64,000 nt of DNA from assembly GCF_006345805.1 (NCBI RefSeq), contig NC_043013.1, positions 24,800,001-24,864,000 of the forward strand, given 5' to 3'. Below are positions 1 through 12,080 of this stretch, piece after piece (positions within the stretch are counted from its first letter, which is position 1; every line of letters starts with the position of its first letter). Below the pieces are notes generated by a model, which searched no databases, was not told where the DNA came from, and worked only from the letters and a program-made list of their open reading frames with translations. This DNA comes from Octopus sinensis. Its lineage: Eukaryota. Made by a program: the position numbers and the translations under genes.

Positions 1-146
1 CCAGAAATATCAGATGCTCAGCAGTGGAATAATTTTCCTTCGACGTCTGCCCTACAAAGTTTAAGTGGGATCTTAAAAGAATACATGTAAATCACACACA
101 TATATGCATACAGCCCATATATGTATGTCTGTCTATGTATATATAT

Positions 147-188
<42 letters not shown>

Positions 189-193
189 ATATG

Positions 194-221
<28 letters not shown>

Positions 222-224
<3 letters not shown>

Positions 225-500
225 GCCTGACTGGCTCCCATGCCACTGGTACATAAAAGGCAGCATCCAAGCAAGGTGAATGCCAGTACCGCCTGACTGG
301 CCCTCATGCCAGTAGCATGTAAAAAGCACCTACTACACTCTCAGAGTTGTTGATGTTAGGAAGAGCAACCAGCAGTAGAAACATTACCAGATCGGATTGG
401 AGCCTGGTGCAGCCTTCTAGCTCACCCGCCCGCCCTAAGTCAAACCATATAACCCGTGGCAGCATGGAAAGTGGGCATTAAATGATGATGAGGAGGAGGA
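222..500 (+). mobile_element. RTE-LINE 3' end / SINE-like family A with (GAT)n tail
   Basis: gcatgtaaaaagcacc...ttaggaagagcaaccagc...ggaaagtgggcattaaatgatgatg; same family as 4925-5510 and 6555-6840. Confidence 0.7.
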
Positions 501-597
501 TTGAGAGAAAGAAGGCAATCAAAATTTTGGAATGCTAATAAAGAATTATCCAAAATTCTGACTGCCTCCTTTTTCTCAATATACAATATCTGTAAGA

Positions 598-810
598 GGC
601 AAACTGGCCGAATTGTTAGCACGCCAGGCGAAATACTTAGTAGTATTTCATCTGTCTTTACGTTCTGAGTTCAAATTCCATGGAGGTTGACTTTGCCTTT
701 CATCCTTTTGGGATCAATAAATTATGTACCAGTTATGTACTCGGGTCGATCTAATTGACTGGTCCCTCTCCCCAAAAATGTCAGGCCTTGTGCCTAGAGT
801 AGAAAAATAT
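598..810 (+). mobile_element. tRNA-derived SINE family B
   Basis: gttagcacgccaggcgaaat head, B-box-like gagttcaaattcc, body gactttgcctttcatcc, tail ttgtgcctagagtagaaaa. Confidence 0.8.
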
Positions 811-957
811 ATACAAAAAAGAATATACAATATCTGTACACCACTTCAAACACTCTATACATACATATGTGTGTGTGTGCGTGCATAAGTAAATATGTGT
901 ATGTGTGCATGTATGTGTGCATGTATGTGTGCATGTATGTGCACATGTTTTTATGTA

Positions 958-1160
958 TTAGGGTGGTGCATAATTATTGCAGCATTTTTCAATAAATTTT
1001 ATTCAACAAAAACAATAACAACATTTAACAAAAACATCTTAAAATGATTATTCCTGAGCATATTCACCATCTACTTCAATTTCTGCTTGGTGTTTTGTTT
1101 AAAGTTTGTTGAATAAAATTTATTGAAAAAAAAAGCCGCAATAATTATGTACCAACCTGA
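958..1160. mobile_element. Mariner-type MITE
   Basis: TIRs ttagggtggtgcataattattgc / gcaataattatgtaccaacctga, further internal inverted matches, flanking TA dinucleotides. Confidence 0.75.
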
Positions 1161-1458
1161 TATGTGCATTTATGATTGTGGTGATGTGTATATTAAACAT
1201 GCACACACACAAACTTACATATGCATTCTCATATTTACATACACGAATACAGAGATTAATGAAAGAACTAATTAGGTCAACGTGACAACAGGACTTTAGT
1301 ATCCATAGTGACACTGTTGACATAATTGGATGTGACAGAGTTAGGGAAAAACAGTCACACACTAATGCATTAGTTGCAATTTCTGCTAATGTTCTAAAAG
1401 ATAACATATTATTTTCTTTTAGCTGACAATTCACTTTATTTATTCCTCATAAATGCAG

Positions 1459-1518
1459 ATGTTCAATACCCAGGACAAATAATTTTTCTTTTGTAAGAAT
1501 GTAAGAATGTTACTTCAG
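1459..1518 (+). other. Candidate non-coding (5' UTR) exon of host gene
   Basis: Acceptor tttatttattcctcataaatgcag| and consensus donor cag|gtaagt; 60 nt with stops in all three frames. Confidence 0.35.
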
Positions 1519-1754
1519 GTAAGTTTTCATTAATTTTTATCCCTATATTCTTAAAATAAAAAAAGAAAAAGATGTGTTAAGTGACCATTGTTTTGTCATT
1601 TCATTTTATCTTCAGCTTTCATCAGTAGGAGTGGTCAGTTGAATTATTTTCCCTTATTTTAAAACTCACAATGCAATGAGTTGAAATGTTTATAATTTAG
1701 TGCTTTTGGAGAATTTCACCTAAGAGGATAACAAAATAACACTAATCTTCACAA

Positions 1755-1856
<102 letters not shown>

Positions 1857-2562
1857 GTGTGGTTCAGATTTTTGGTCACACTTTAGACAGTTAACCACTC
1901 TCAACTACAATGTTATTGTTTAGTTGGTGTGTCATGGGGCCAAAACTTTAATAAAAAGAAAGGAAGAGAGAATCAGAAAGAATGGCATTCCTGCCTTTCT
2001 CTCAGTCATTAGTGATTATCAGAAAGAAAAGAAATGAAAATTAATTAAAGAGACCCAATTAGAACCAAATATGTACCTATTGACCCAACAAGGGACCATA
2101 CTAGTCTTAATTCTCTAAGCACTCATATTTTTCTGTCTAATCTAATCCTTATTTATCCACATTATTTTGAATTAATCACGAACTATCTCAAAGCTTTGAG
2201 ATTTCAGTGATGTGGTTGTTTATCTATAGAATGACATTACAGGGTAGGTGTGAGGGAACAGATCAGTCCTGTTTGAACATATAACAAGAACAATATTTTG
2301 GTCTGATATAGCCAGATTAAGTGCTAAAAGGCTAATTAATAATCTGTATGCATCTGTATATATATTATATATATATATATATATATTATATTAAATTAGA
2401 GATAAAACCACTATTAGGCAAATCAAATAGTGGTTTTATCTCTAATTTATATAATATATATTATAACTATAAAATTAGATTTAATCCTAAATCTAATTTT
2501 TCCCTGTAAGTTTGGATTTACTCCCTAATATTTTATTATATATATATATATATATATATATA

Positions 2563-2790
2563 TCATTATCATCATCATCATTGTATAACATCTGTCTTCT
2601 ATGCTGGCATGGGTGGAATGGCTTGACAGGAGCCTGCACTTGATGATAGTATCTGTTTTGGCCGGGCTTTTACAGCTGGGTATCATTCCTAACACCAACC
2701 ACTCGGCAGAGTGGACAGATTATTTTATATGTGGCACAAGCAGAAGCAAAGTCAGTTTTAGCAAGGTTTTTACAGCTGAATGGTCTGCCA
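2563..2790 (-). mobile_element. Family A (RTE 3' end-like) copy
   Basis: (CAT)n tail then reverse complement of family A motifs (ttcctaacaccaaccactc). Confidence 0.6.
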
Positions 2791-2806
2791 TATATATATA
2801 CGTATA

Positions 2807-2876
2807 TGATGATGGCCGTCCACTCGTGACTGAAGAAGACCATCACTGACCTTTAGAAACACTGTGCACTCTAGGA
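2807..2876 (-). mobile_element. Extreme 3' end of RTE (BovB-like) LINE
   Basis: tgatgatggccgtccactcgtgactgaagaagacc matches the tail at 42476 of the long RTE copy. Confidence 0.8.
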
Positions 2877-2984
2877 CTAATATTGTTGTTGTCAAATGCT
2901 CAAAATGAGGAGTAAATAGACAGCTGACAACTGATGAAGGGCCATTTCTCTGTGTTTACATGTCCTGTTTTCCATTTTTTTCTT

Positions 2985-3239
2985 GTGTTCTTGAGCAAGA
3001 CACTTTATTTCACATTGCTCCAGTTCACTCAGCTGTAGAAATGAGTTGCAATATCACAGGTGCCAAGCTGTATCGGCCCCTTTGCTTTTCAATTGGATAA
3101 CACTGGCGGTGTGCAGAGTGGAAGCTGGTATACATGGGCGACTGCTGGTCTTCCATAAACAACTTTGCCCGGACTTGTGTCTTGAGGGCAACTTTCTAGG
3201 TGCAATCCCATGGTCAGACATGACCGAAGGGGGTCTCAG

Positions 3240-3240
<1 letters not shown>
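2985..3240 (+). mobile_element. SINE family D variant (5'-truncated)
   Basis: cttgagcaagacactttatttcacattgctccag...catgaccgaagggggtc; reverse copy at 12755-13080. Confidence 0.65.
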
Positions 3241-3299
<59 letters not shown>

Positions 3300-3314
3300 T
3301 ATATACATTCTGTT

Positions 3315-3644
3315 TTATTCTTAACCAAGATATTATTGAAGTGACTTCAAAGTTTCAGACTGTTAACATCATTGCAGTCGAACAATGGCTTAACTGACTG
3401 TAACTTCGATGTCATTTTCAATACTCTTCTTTTTTAAGAATAATAAAATTTCTACTCTACAAAAGTACAGAGTAATCCATCAGATTATATAAAATTCTTT
3501 TTATTATAACTGAACATATATAAAAACAAATTATCCTGCATTTGAGAATTTTAAAAATCACTAATATAAATATATATATATGTGTGTGTGTGTGTGTGTC
3601 ATCATCATCATCATCATCATCATATACATATATATTACATATAT

Positions 3645-3688
<44 letters not shown>

Positions 3689-4003
3689 TGTTATTCTTAA
3701 CCAAGAATATTATTGAAGTGACTTCAAAGTTTCAGACTGTTAGACATCATTGCAGTCGAACAATGGCTTAACTGACTGTAACTTCGATGTCATTTTCAAT
3801 ACTCTTCTTTTTTAAGAATAAAAATTTCTACTCTACAAAAGTAGTAGAGTAATCCATCAGATTAAATAAAATTCTTTTTATTATAACTGAACATATATAA
3901 AAACAAATTATCCTGCATTTGAGAATTTTAAAAATCACTAATATAAATATATATATATGTGTGTGTGTGTGTGTGCATCATCATCATCATCATCATCATA
4001 TAC

Positions 4004-4048
<45 letters not shown>

Positions 4049-4050
4049 AT
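3315..4050. repeat. 376-bp tandem duplication bounded by (TA)n
   Basis: ttattcttaacc starts at 3315 and again at 3691; the copies differ mostly by 1-3 nt indels. Confidence 0.9.
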
Positions 4051-4084
4051 ATATAACACACCACCAACACACACACGCACACAC

Positions 4085-4655
4085 ACACTAAAAGACCATA
4101 ATAAACAGTTTAACTTAGATTGGTCGATTCTCTCAATCTCAATACCTTATGGCAAAGGCAAGGAATTCTGTCTTCTCTGTAATTCTGAACTATTTTTCAT
4201 TATTTTATCTAAAAATCCCCTAGTAAACACGGTTATAGAGCATGCATACCGATGTAAACATTGGCTTAAACACACCTTTAGTTCATATAAGTGATCTCTA
4301 TCATTATATATAATTTAAACATTAATTTTCTTTTTATATTTCACATTCACTATATACATATTTTCCTAGTATAGAAGGTTTTATTTAAAATACATATAGT
4401 CATATACTTCTCATTTATTTAGTTTTTCTTTAATTTATCCCTCCTCTTTCTATACGCTACCTCATATAACGTTTTAAACAATATTAATAGCATTCAGTTA
4501 ATCACTATACATATCCATCATTTTCTGTTAAAATGTCTTATCGACGAGTTTCATTTCTTCACTTCCTGAAGAGAAGATTACATTGTTTTACACCATTTTA
4601 TTTGTTTGGAATAATATCGATGATATCTTCAAAACAAGTGTTGGAAGTAGAAGAA
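4085..4655 (+). mobile_element. 5'-truncated Penelope-like element, Naiad-type endonuclease C-terminus plus 3' UTR with decayed hammerhead
   Basis: LKDHNKQFNLDWSILSISIPYGKGKEFCLLCNSE...LVNTVIEHAYRCKH (stop at 4292-4294) fits the W-x-I...Y...C-x-L-C-x-x-E...N...E...C-x-H pattern of PLE GIY-YIG C-termini; HHR-like fold at 4555-4655. Confidence 0.7.
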
Positions 4656-4879
4656 TTTGAATTACACCTGCATTAAACTCCATTTATTTATTTATATATA
4701 TTATATAAAAAAAATTCCTTTTAAACCCCGAGTTTCTACCTTTAAAAACAAGGAGTTACAACTTCTTTACTTGCGTGATTTTTTGCTACCCTGGCAACTA
4801 TTTATCTATTTTTTCCGTGTTAATTATTAACAAGGGAAAAATACACACATCTATTTATATATGTATGTATATATATATG

Positions 4880-4924
<45 letters not shown>

Positions 4925-4925
<1 letters not shown>

Positions 4926-5510
4926 CAAAATCAATCCAAATCAAATCAGATATCAGAAAGCAGAACCAAAATCGAAGTCGATCAACATCAATGGAAATTG
5001 CAGCTATGATACCAGTGCCGTTGACAAGTAACCGAACCATCCGATCGTGGCCGTTGCCAGCGCTGCCCCGACTGGCCTCCGTGCCGGTGGCACGTAAAAA
5101 GCACCATCCGTTCGTGGCCATTGCCAGCCTCGCCTGGCCCCCGTGCCGGTGGCACGTAGCACCATCCGTTTGTGGCCGTTGCCAGCCTCGTCTGGCCCCC
5201 GTGCCGGTGGCACGTAAAAGCACCATCCGTTCGTGGCCGTTGCCAGCCTCGCCTGGCCCCCGTGCCGGTGGCATGTAAAAAGCACCATCCGTCTGTGGGT
5301 GTTTGCCAGCTCCGTCTAGCACCTGTGCGGGTGGCACGTAAAAAGCACCCACTACACTCACGGAGTGGTTGGCGTTAGGAAGGGCATCCAGCCGTAGAAA
5401 CACTGCCAGATCAGACTGGGCCTCATGCAGCCTTCTGGCTTCACAGACCCCAGTTGAACCATCCAACCCATGCTAGCATGGAAAGCGGACGCTAAATGAT
5501 GATGATGATA
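4925..5510 (+). mobile_element. Family A element with about five internal ~60-nt tandem units
   Basis: Repeated accatccgttcgtggccgttgccagcc...gtgccggtggcacgtaaaaagc, then ggcgttaggaagggcatccagc and a (GAT)n tail. Confidence 0.85.
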
Positions 5511-5537
5511 TATATACACGTATATATATATAGTGTG

Positions 5538-5603
<66 letters not shown>

Positions 5604-6099
5604 GGTATGTATATATATATGTAATTATCAGATTTACAATTCTACCAACACGTCTTCAGGTTCTTTTCCCAAATATTGTCATCCTAATTTTGCATCACCT
5701 TAAAATTAAGCTTTAAATTAAAACATTAAAAATTAAAAATTTACAAAGTTAAGAATTAAAAATTACAAATTAAATATATATTTGCATACATATATCAAAC
5801 TTAGAAAGTCGAGTATATAATGTCAAACAGAAGATAAAACATTATACCTCAGAATGAAGATGTCTGTGATTAAATGTGAAAAATAACGTGAAAAATACAG
5901 ATAATTTAAACCTAAGTAGGAGATAATTAAGGAAGTATGCTTTTTATACCCTGCTGGTGTATTGGTTTTATCCTTAAAGTATTATTTCTTGATGTGTATT
6001 TAGATACCACGAGTTTTCCTTCAGATATACACGTTTTGTTATTTTTTGCATAATCTGAAATACAATACCCACATATCTATTGATAAATCCCCAAACTGA

Positions 6100-6136
<37 letters not shown>

Positions 6137-6279
6137 CATCATCGTCGTCGTTTAACATCTGTTTTCTATGCTGGCAGGGTTGGACGGTTTGATTTAGAAT
6201 GCTAGATGCGAGGTTGCACCAGGCTCCAATCTGATTTGGCATGCCTTCTACATACATATACATACATACATATACATAC

Positions 6280-6363
<84 letters not shown>

Positions 6364-6554
6364 CATGTGCATATTTAAAATGTTTACATTTACTTGTATA
6401 TATATAGAGAGAGATATATGCATATATATATATATACAAGTAAATGTAAACATTTATAAATATGCACATGTATATGTATATGTATATATATAGGTATGTA
6501 TATATATATATAATATATATATATGTACGTATGTTTCTGTGTATATATTTGTCA

Positions 6555-7590
6555 TATATCATCATCGTCATTATCATCACCATCATAATGTCCACTTTCC
6601 ATGCTGCGATGGGCTAGATGGTTTAACTGGAACTAGCAAGCCGAGGAGCATCAGGATCCAATCTGACTTTGGCTTGGTTCCTGTTGCTGGGTGTCCTTCT
6701 TAATGCCAACCACACTGAGACTGTTGTGTTTGCTTTTTATGTGTCACCAGCATGGTTGCTTTAACATGTCACCTGCACTGAAGTTTTTATGTGTCACTGG
6801 CGCTGGTGCTGTTATGTGTTACTGGCACTGGCCACAACTACAATTTCACTTGACAAGCTTTCCTCAAGCACAGTAAATCACCAAAGATTGCAATGCTTTG
6901 TCATTGCTTTCATGAGACCCCCACATTTGAAGATCATGCTTCCCCACCTCATCCCATGTCTTCTTGGGTCTACCTCTTCCACAGGTTCACTCAACAGTTA
7001 GAGATCAGCACTTCTTCACACAACTGTACTCATCCATATACATCACATGACCAAACCAGTGCAATCATTTCTCTTGCACACCACATCTGATGCCTCTTAT
7101 GCCCAACTCTTCTCTCAAGATGCTGACACTCTGGTGTACAAGAACACTGACATTACACATCCAGTGGAGCATACTAGTTGAGCATTTCTCTCAAGCCTTT
7201 GCATGTCCTCTGCAGTCACAGACCATGCTCCGCTCATTATATAATGGCTGTTCACACACAGGCATCATATAATTTGCCCTTCAATGAGAGAGAGAGGCTC
7301 TTTGTTGCCAACAGAGGTAAGAGGATCTATTCTTATTATAGCAGCTATGCTCTCTGAGCATCTGCCTCCACTGCTGACTTGGCCACCAAGATAACAGAAG
7401 CTACCAACTAGTTTTAGATATCCCCCACTGACATTTGACAGAGTTTATTTTCTAGTGTTTATTGTACCTGTACATCTGCCACACACAAAGACTATTTCTC
7501 TGTTAACTTACTTTTGATACTACCGCACCTCTTATGTGTCCATAGCTTGCACTGGGTACACCTTATGGAGTTTCTAACAATGCCTTTTCT
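6555..7590 (-). mobile_element. RTE-clade LINE 3' fragment (decayed ORF) ending in a family A 3' UTR
   Basis: Minus strand: RNSIRCTQCKLWTHKRC, KGKLYDACV, LHWFGHVM, RGRPKKTWDEV with stops and frameshifts, running into family A motifs and a (GAT)n tail. Confidence 0.8.
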
Positions 7591-7794
7591 ACATAGTTTT
7601 TGCCAAATTAATTAATTCTAAGATCCCTTGATTCCAGACGTTGCTTCAACTCCTGATAAAATTTCAGATGTTCAGTTCCAATTTCACTAATTTTGTATAA
7701 CCTTATTAATGTTGTATTAATATATATTTTTGAGGATATTAATATTAATTTTATTGATATTTTCTGTATACATACATTTATATATATATATATA

Positions 7795-7975
7795 TAGTAA
7801 ATCCCCAAAAAGAAGAACAAACACAAAAAAAAACAACACGAGAACATGGTACATGTAAAGTATTAGCAGACGCTCTGAGAGGGAAAGAAAGATGGTTTAA
7901 CATTTCAAGCAACATTCTTCTTCAGAAACAGAGGAAAGTCCAATAGAAAGGAAGACAAAGGAAGAAAATCGCCAT
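7795..7975 (-). mobile_element. Penelope-type terminal fragment with decayed minimal hammerhead at 7895-7929
   Basis: Minus strand GTTT CTGAAGA AGAATGTTGCTT GAA ATGT T AAAC. Confidence 0.5.
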
Positions 7976-8864
7976 ATATCTATATATACACATATGTATG
8001 TATATGTGTGTGTATGTGTGTGAATGTATGTATATGTGTATGTTTATATGCATGTATAAATGTGTGTGTGTGTGTGAACATAGATCCAAGGATCGGGGTG
8101 TAGGAAGAACGTTAGCTTGAAGCAATCCATAGTAAATATAAAAAACAACTTTCAGAGACAGTATTGGTTCATTGTGACGTAAGATTGTGGATTTTTTTTC
8201 ATACTGAAGTACGATAAATCGAAAAAAGTTCCTTTTTATATTTCACGATAGGAGACCAGGGTTGCCAGGTGTGTGAATAAGAATACAAAGGTTAAGGAAT
8301 GGAGTAGACAAGATCCGGGTGACATATGTTTCATAGCAAGCAGAACCTCGAAAGTGGTAAATATCCAAGAGAGGTGTATTCCACAGGCTACTCGTCAGGC
8401 CAAGGGTATCTTGATTGAATGAAAGTTTACATTGGCGCAAAGGGGTATTTGTTAACACATAGAAGAATCGATCACATTCTGTCTAATTGATTACACTCTA
8501 CTAGGCTTGCAAAGAATAAGTCCTGGGGTCTATTTGTTCGACTAAAATCCCTTAAAGTGGTGCTCTAACATGGACGCAGTCAAAATGACTGAAACAAATG
8601 ATAGAAAAAAATAGAAAGGAAAAAATAAAACAATAAGATTTTTTTTTTACAGACAGTGAACAGCAAAGGATGTCTGGTTGAGTAAAGTAGGAATTAAGGA
8701 GATCGATAGCAAAAGATGACTGAGAACCACTGGAGGTAGCTGGACGAAAGAGGGGATTAATATGTTGAATGACTAGTAAGTAGTCACCAGTATCAAATTA
8801 CAATTGATGAGTGAAAAATTGCTTATGTGGCGACAAAATTAAGCAGACAAAATATATATGAACA

Positions 8865-9180
8865 GGTGTGGCCGTGTGGTAAGAAGTTTGCTTCCTAACT
8901 ACTAAGTTCAGGGGTTCAGTCCTACTTCGTGACACCTTGGGTAATTGCTAGAGCCTCGGGCCCACAAAAGTTTTGTAAATGGATTTTGTAAACGGAAGCT
9001 GAAAAGAAGCCTGTCGTAAATATGTATGTGTCTGTCTGTGCTTGTCGCCATCACTGTTTGACAAACGGTGTAGCTGTGTTTACGTTCCTGTAACTTAGCA
9101 GTTTGGCATAAGTGAACGATAGGATAAGTACCTGGCTTTACGGATAAAAAAAAAACGTACTGGAGGCGATTCGTACTTTT
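8865..9180 (+). mobile_element. tRNA-derived SINE family C
   Basis: tggccgtgtggtaag A-box-like, gggttcagtcc B-box-like, accttgggtaa...acggaagctgaaaagaagcctgtcg. Confidence 0.75.
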
Positions 9181-9956
9181 TTCTGAAAAAAAAAAAAAAG
9201 TTGTGGTGAGGTGCAGAGAAAGAGAAAGAGAGAAAGAAAGAGAGTGAGAGAGGCTAAATATGCCATTAACTGTTACTGGGATTTTTTCCTCCATTTTCAG
9301 AATGTTGTGAAGATTATAACAAAGATAGTCAGAACATAAACTTTTACACAGGTGTATTACACGATAAACAAGTATTTCATAGAAAAAGAGCACGTAATAA
9401 AACAGGGAATCTATAAATTCTGCGCTACAGTTTGAGCGGATATTCGGAAGTAGATTTTCATCGTTTGTGTCCTACATTACTGAATGAACATGGGAAATGG
9501 AATGAGTTAAGGAGCACAGTGCATTCATCAAAAGGCTGCTGTTTCAAAATAAGTGCACACGAAAAGAGAGAAAACATCAGAAAGAAGATTTTCATGTTAA
9601 ACTTCACAAAACATGGCTTCTTACGGGGGAAATATATTTTTCCCTGGAAAAAATTGTTTGACGTCGGGAACATAACGAGAATTATTAATAGTTAAGATAC
9701 TTGGAGAAATGCACATGCAGAAAGAAACGCTAGAGAAGGTCTAAGATGGGGGATAACTCTCAGTGCATCCCTTACTAATTTTTACATTCAGGGATGTACG
9801 TGGGTGCATGAGTATATTTGCATATACACACACACAGACCACACACATGCTCGCGCGCGCATATATATGTATGTACACACACATACATGTTATATATATA
9901 CATATATATATATATGCGTATAAGCGTATATAATATAATATCTATATATTATATAT

Positions 9957-9999
<43 letters not shown>

Positions 10000-10108
10000 G
10001 AGATATATATATATATATATAGTTACAGAGATTGAGAGAGAGAGAGAAAGAAAGAGAGAGGGCGAGAGAAAGAGAGAAAACGTAGAGAAGGGAGAGAGTG
10101 ACAGAGAT

Positions 10109-10144
<36 letters not shown>

Positions 10145-10387
10145 GTGTAGTGTCCGTGATGGTAATATTAACAAAAAACGTGCTCCATCTGGTAAGAGAT
10201 AAATATTATCTAATGAGCACAGAATATGTTTTTGCGTATTACTATTTGTTTCATTGATGAGGGTATGCCAGACGCTATTTTTTAGCATGTGTAGTGTCCC
10301 AGTGCCTGAAGATTGTGCTGGGACACGAGACATGTAAAGATATACTGCCTGCATGCTCTCGTTACATGAAACTAATATATATATAAT

Positions 10388-10418
<31 letters not shown>

Positions 10419-10595
10419 TATATATAATATATATATATAGATATATAAATATAGATATATACATCATATACATATACACATATACATATACATATACCCT
10501 CTCTCTCTTCTTTCTTTCTCGTTCCCTCTCCCTCTCTCTCTCTTTCTCTCTCCATATATATATATATATACATGTATGTATATATATAATATATA

Positions 10596-10635
<40 letters not shown>

Positions 10636-10639
<4 letters not shown>

Positions 10640-10890
10640 CAATATGTTACATTACTCGGTAGTCAAGATAAAACTCTGAGTTTCAGATGCCGAAGTGGAA
10701 ATCCACAACACCATCTCTTCGGTTATCTGGCTATTTAATAGCCAGATAACCGAAGAGATGGGTTGTGTGGATTTCCACTTCGGCATCTGAAACTCAGAGT
10801 TTTATCTTGACTACCGAGTAATGTAACATATTGTATAGATAAATTTCCTCTATTTACATAATATTGAGGTCTCTTTCTTTCTTTTGTTAT
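10636..10890. mobile_element. Fold-back (about 200-bp palindrome, 10636-10837) Penelope-type terminus with one-sided tail
   Basis: Arms near-identical about centre 10736; the right arm extends about 50 nt further; each arm holds an HHR fold. Confidence 0.75.
10744..10807 (+). ncRNA. Type I hammerhead-like fold (U4C core variant); mirror copy on - strand at 10666-10728
   Basis: Stem I AGATAA/TTATCT, core CCGAAGA, stem II GATG/CATC with an internal GTGG/CCAC hairpin, GAA, near-palindromic stem III ACTC-A-GAGT, GUU site after 10801. Confidence 0.55.
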
Positions 10891-10903
10891 CTTACCGTTT
10901 TAT

Positions 10904-10948
<45 letters not shown>

Positions 10949-10963
10949 TATACATACATATAT

Positions 10964-11510
10964 TAGCTTAAAAACCGCCTTGCTGGGCGGCTTTTAAGCT
11001 AGTTTATAACTTTTAAGCAACTGACCCCGAATGGGAAGATCTGCAAACAGATCTCTTATTTGTTTTGGAAAATTTGCTGCAGTTGCTTCCTCCAGAGTCA
11101 AATCCCAATTCGTCACAAAAAAATCATGTAAACAAAATCGCCGAAAACAATCCACAATGAAAACAGAAGAATCCAAAACTTCAGGATTGCAGCTCTGGAT
11201 TCGGCCCAGAATGTTTTAAATTTATTCACAGAGTTGGCCTTTAGATTATAAAAATTGTTATCATACAAAAAATAATCTGTCGCAAAAAGTCACGTAAAAA
11301 AGAATTGCTGAAAACAATCACAGTAATGAAAACTTGGAAATCCAAAATTTTAGGATTGTGGGTCCGGATTCAACTCGGAATGATTTTAATTTAATCATGG
11401 AATCAGTCTGATTTCAAAATGGTATGATATGTTGGGCTATGGCCTCAAGAAGTTAAGTTGAAAAAGTGTGATACACTGACACACTGACATTCACATTTAT
11501 TATATTAGAT
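10964..11510 (+). mobile_element. Non-autonomous Helitron/Helentron-like element
   Basis: 5' hairpin tagcttaaaaaccgcc-ttgctg-ggcggcttttaagcta, internal ~180-bp duplication, end acactgacattcacatttattatattagat. Confidence 0.4.
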
Positions 11511-12080
11511 ATGTTTAACTTTGTGGAAACTATTTAATTAAAGTGTATATATATATGTGTGTGTATGTATGTATATATATGTGTGTGTATGTATGTATAT
11601 ATGTGTGTGTGTGTGTGTGTATTAAAGCAAGCAAAAAATAAAACAGAAATCATAGTGTTCAGTATATTGGCCACAGGAATTTCTGTCAAAGAGATATGAT
11701 TAAAGAAAGCTGTACATCATCTCCCTCTTTCTCTCACTTACCCACTCTTTCTCTCCCTCTCTCTCTCTCTTATTATTATTACTCCCACTGCCACCATCAA
11801 TACTACTACTCTTAATAAAACATCATCAACTCTGTCTAAATTTCTTTGTCTCTCTTTCTCTCCCTCTCTTATTCTTTCTCTGTCACTCTCTTTCTCTTTC
11901 TCTCTCCCTCTCTCTCTCTCTCTCCCTGTCTTCGCTACCACCCTCACCCTCTCTATGCCTTCTATTACTGTCACCCCACAGGAGGAATAGTAGAAGTGTC
12001 ATTGAACAGTGAGAGAGGGAGGGTCAAAGTGTGACACACTGACACAGAAATTAATTTTCGCATTTATTATATAAGATATA

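Noticed and set aside
5030-5345. HDV-like or twister ribozyme in the 60-nt units
   Set aside because: The CCAG-loop-CTGG resemblance is superficial; the loop varies among units and no P1/P2 pseudoknot or twister core could be built
5620-6040. Scattered ctgaaga/ctgaagg motifs in AT-rich DNA
   Set aside because: No GAAA or stems in the correct order; at most very old PLE debris
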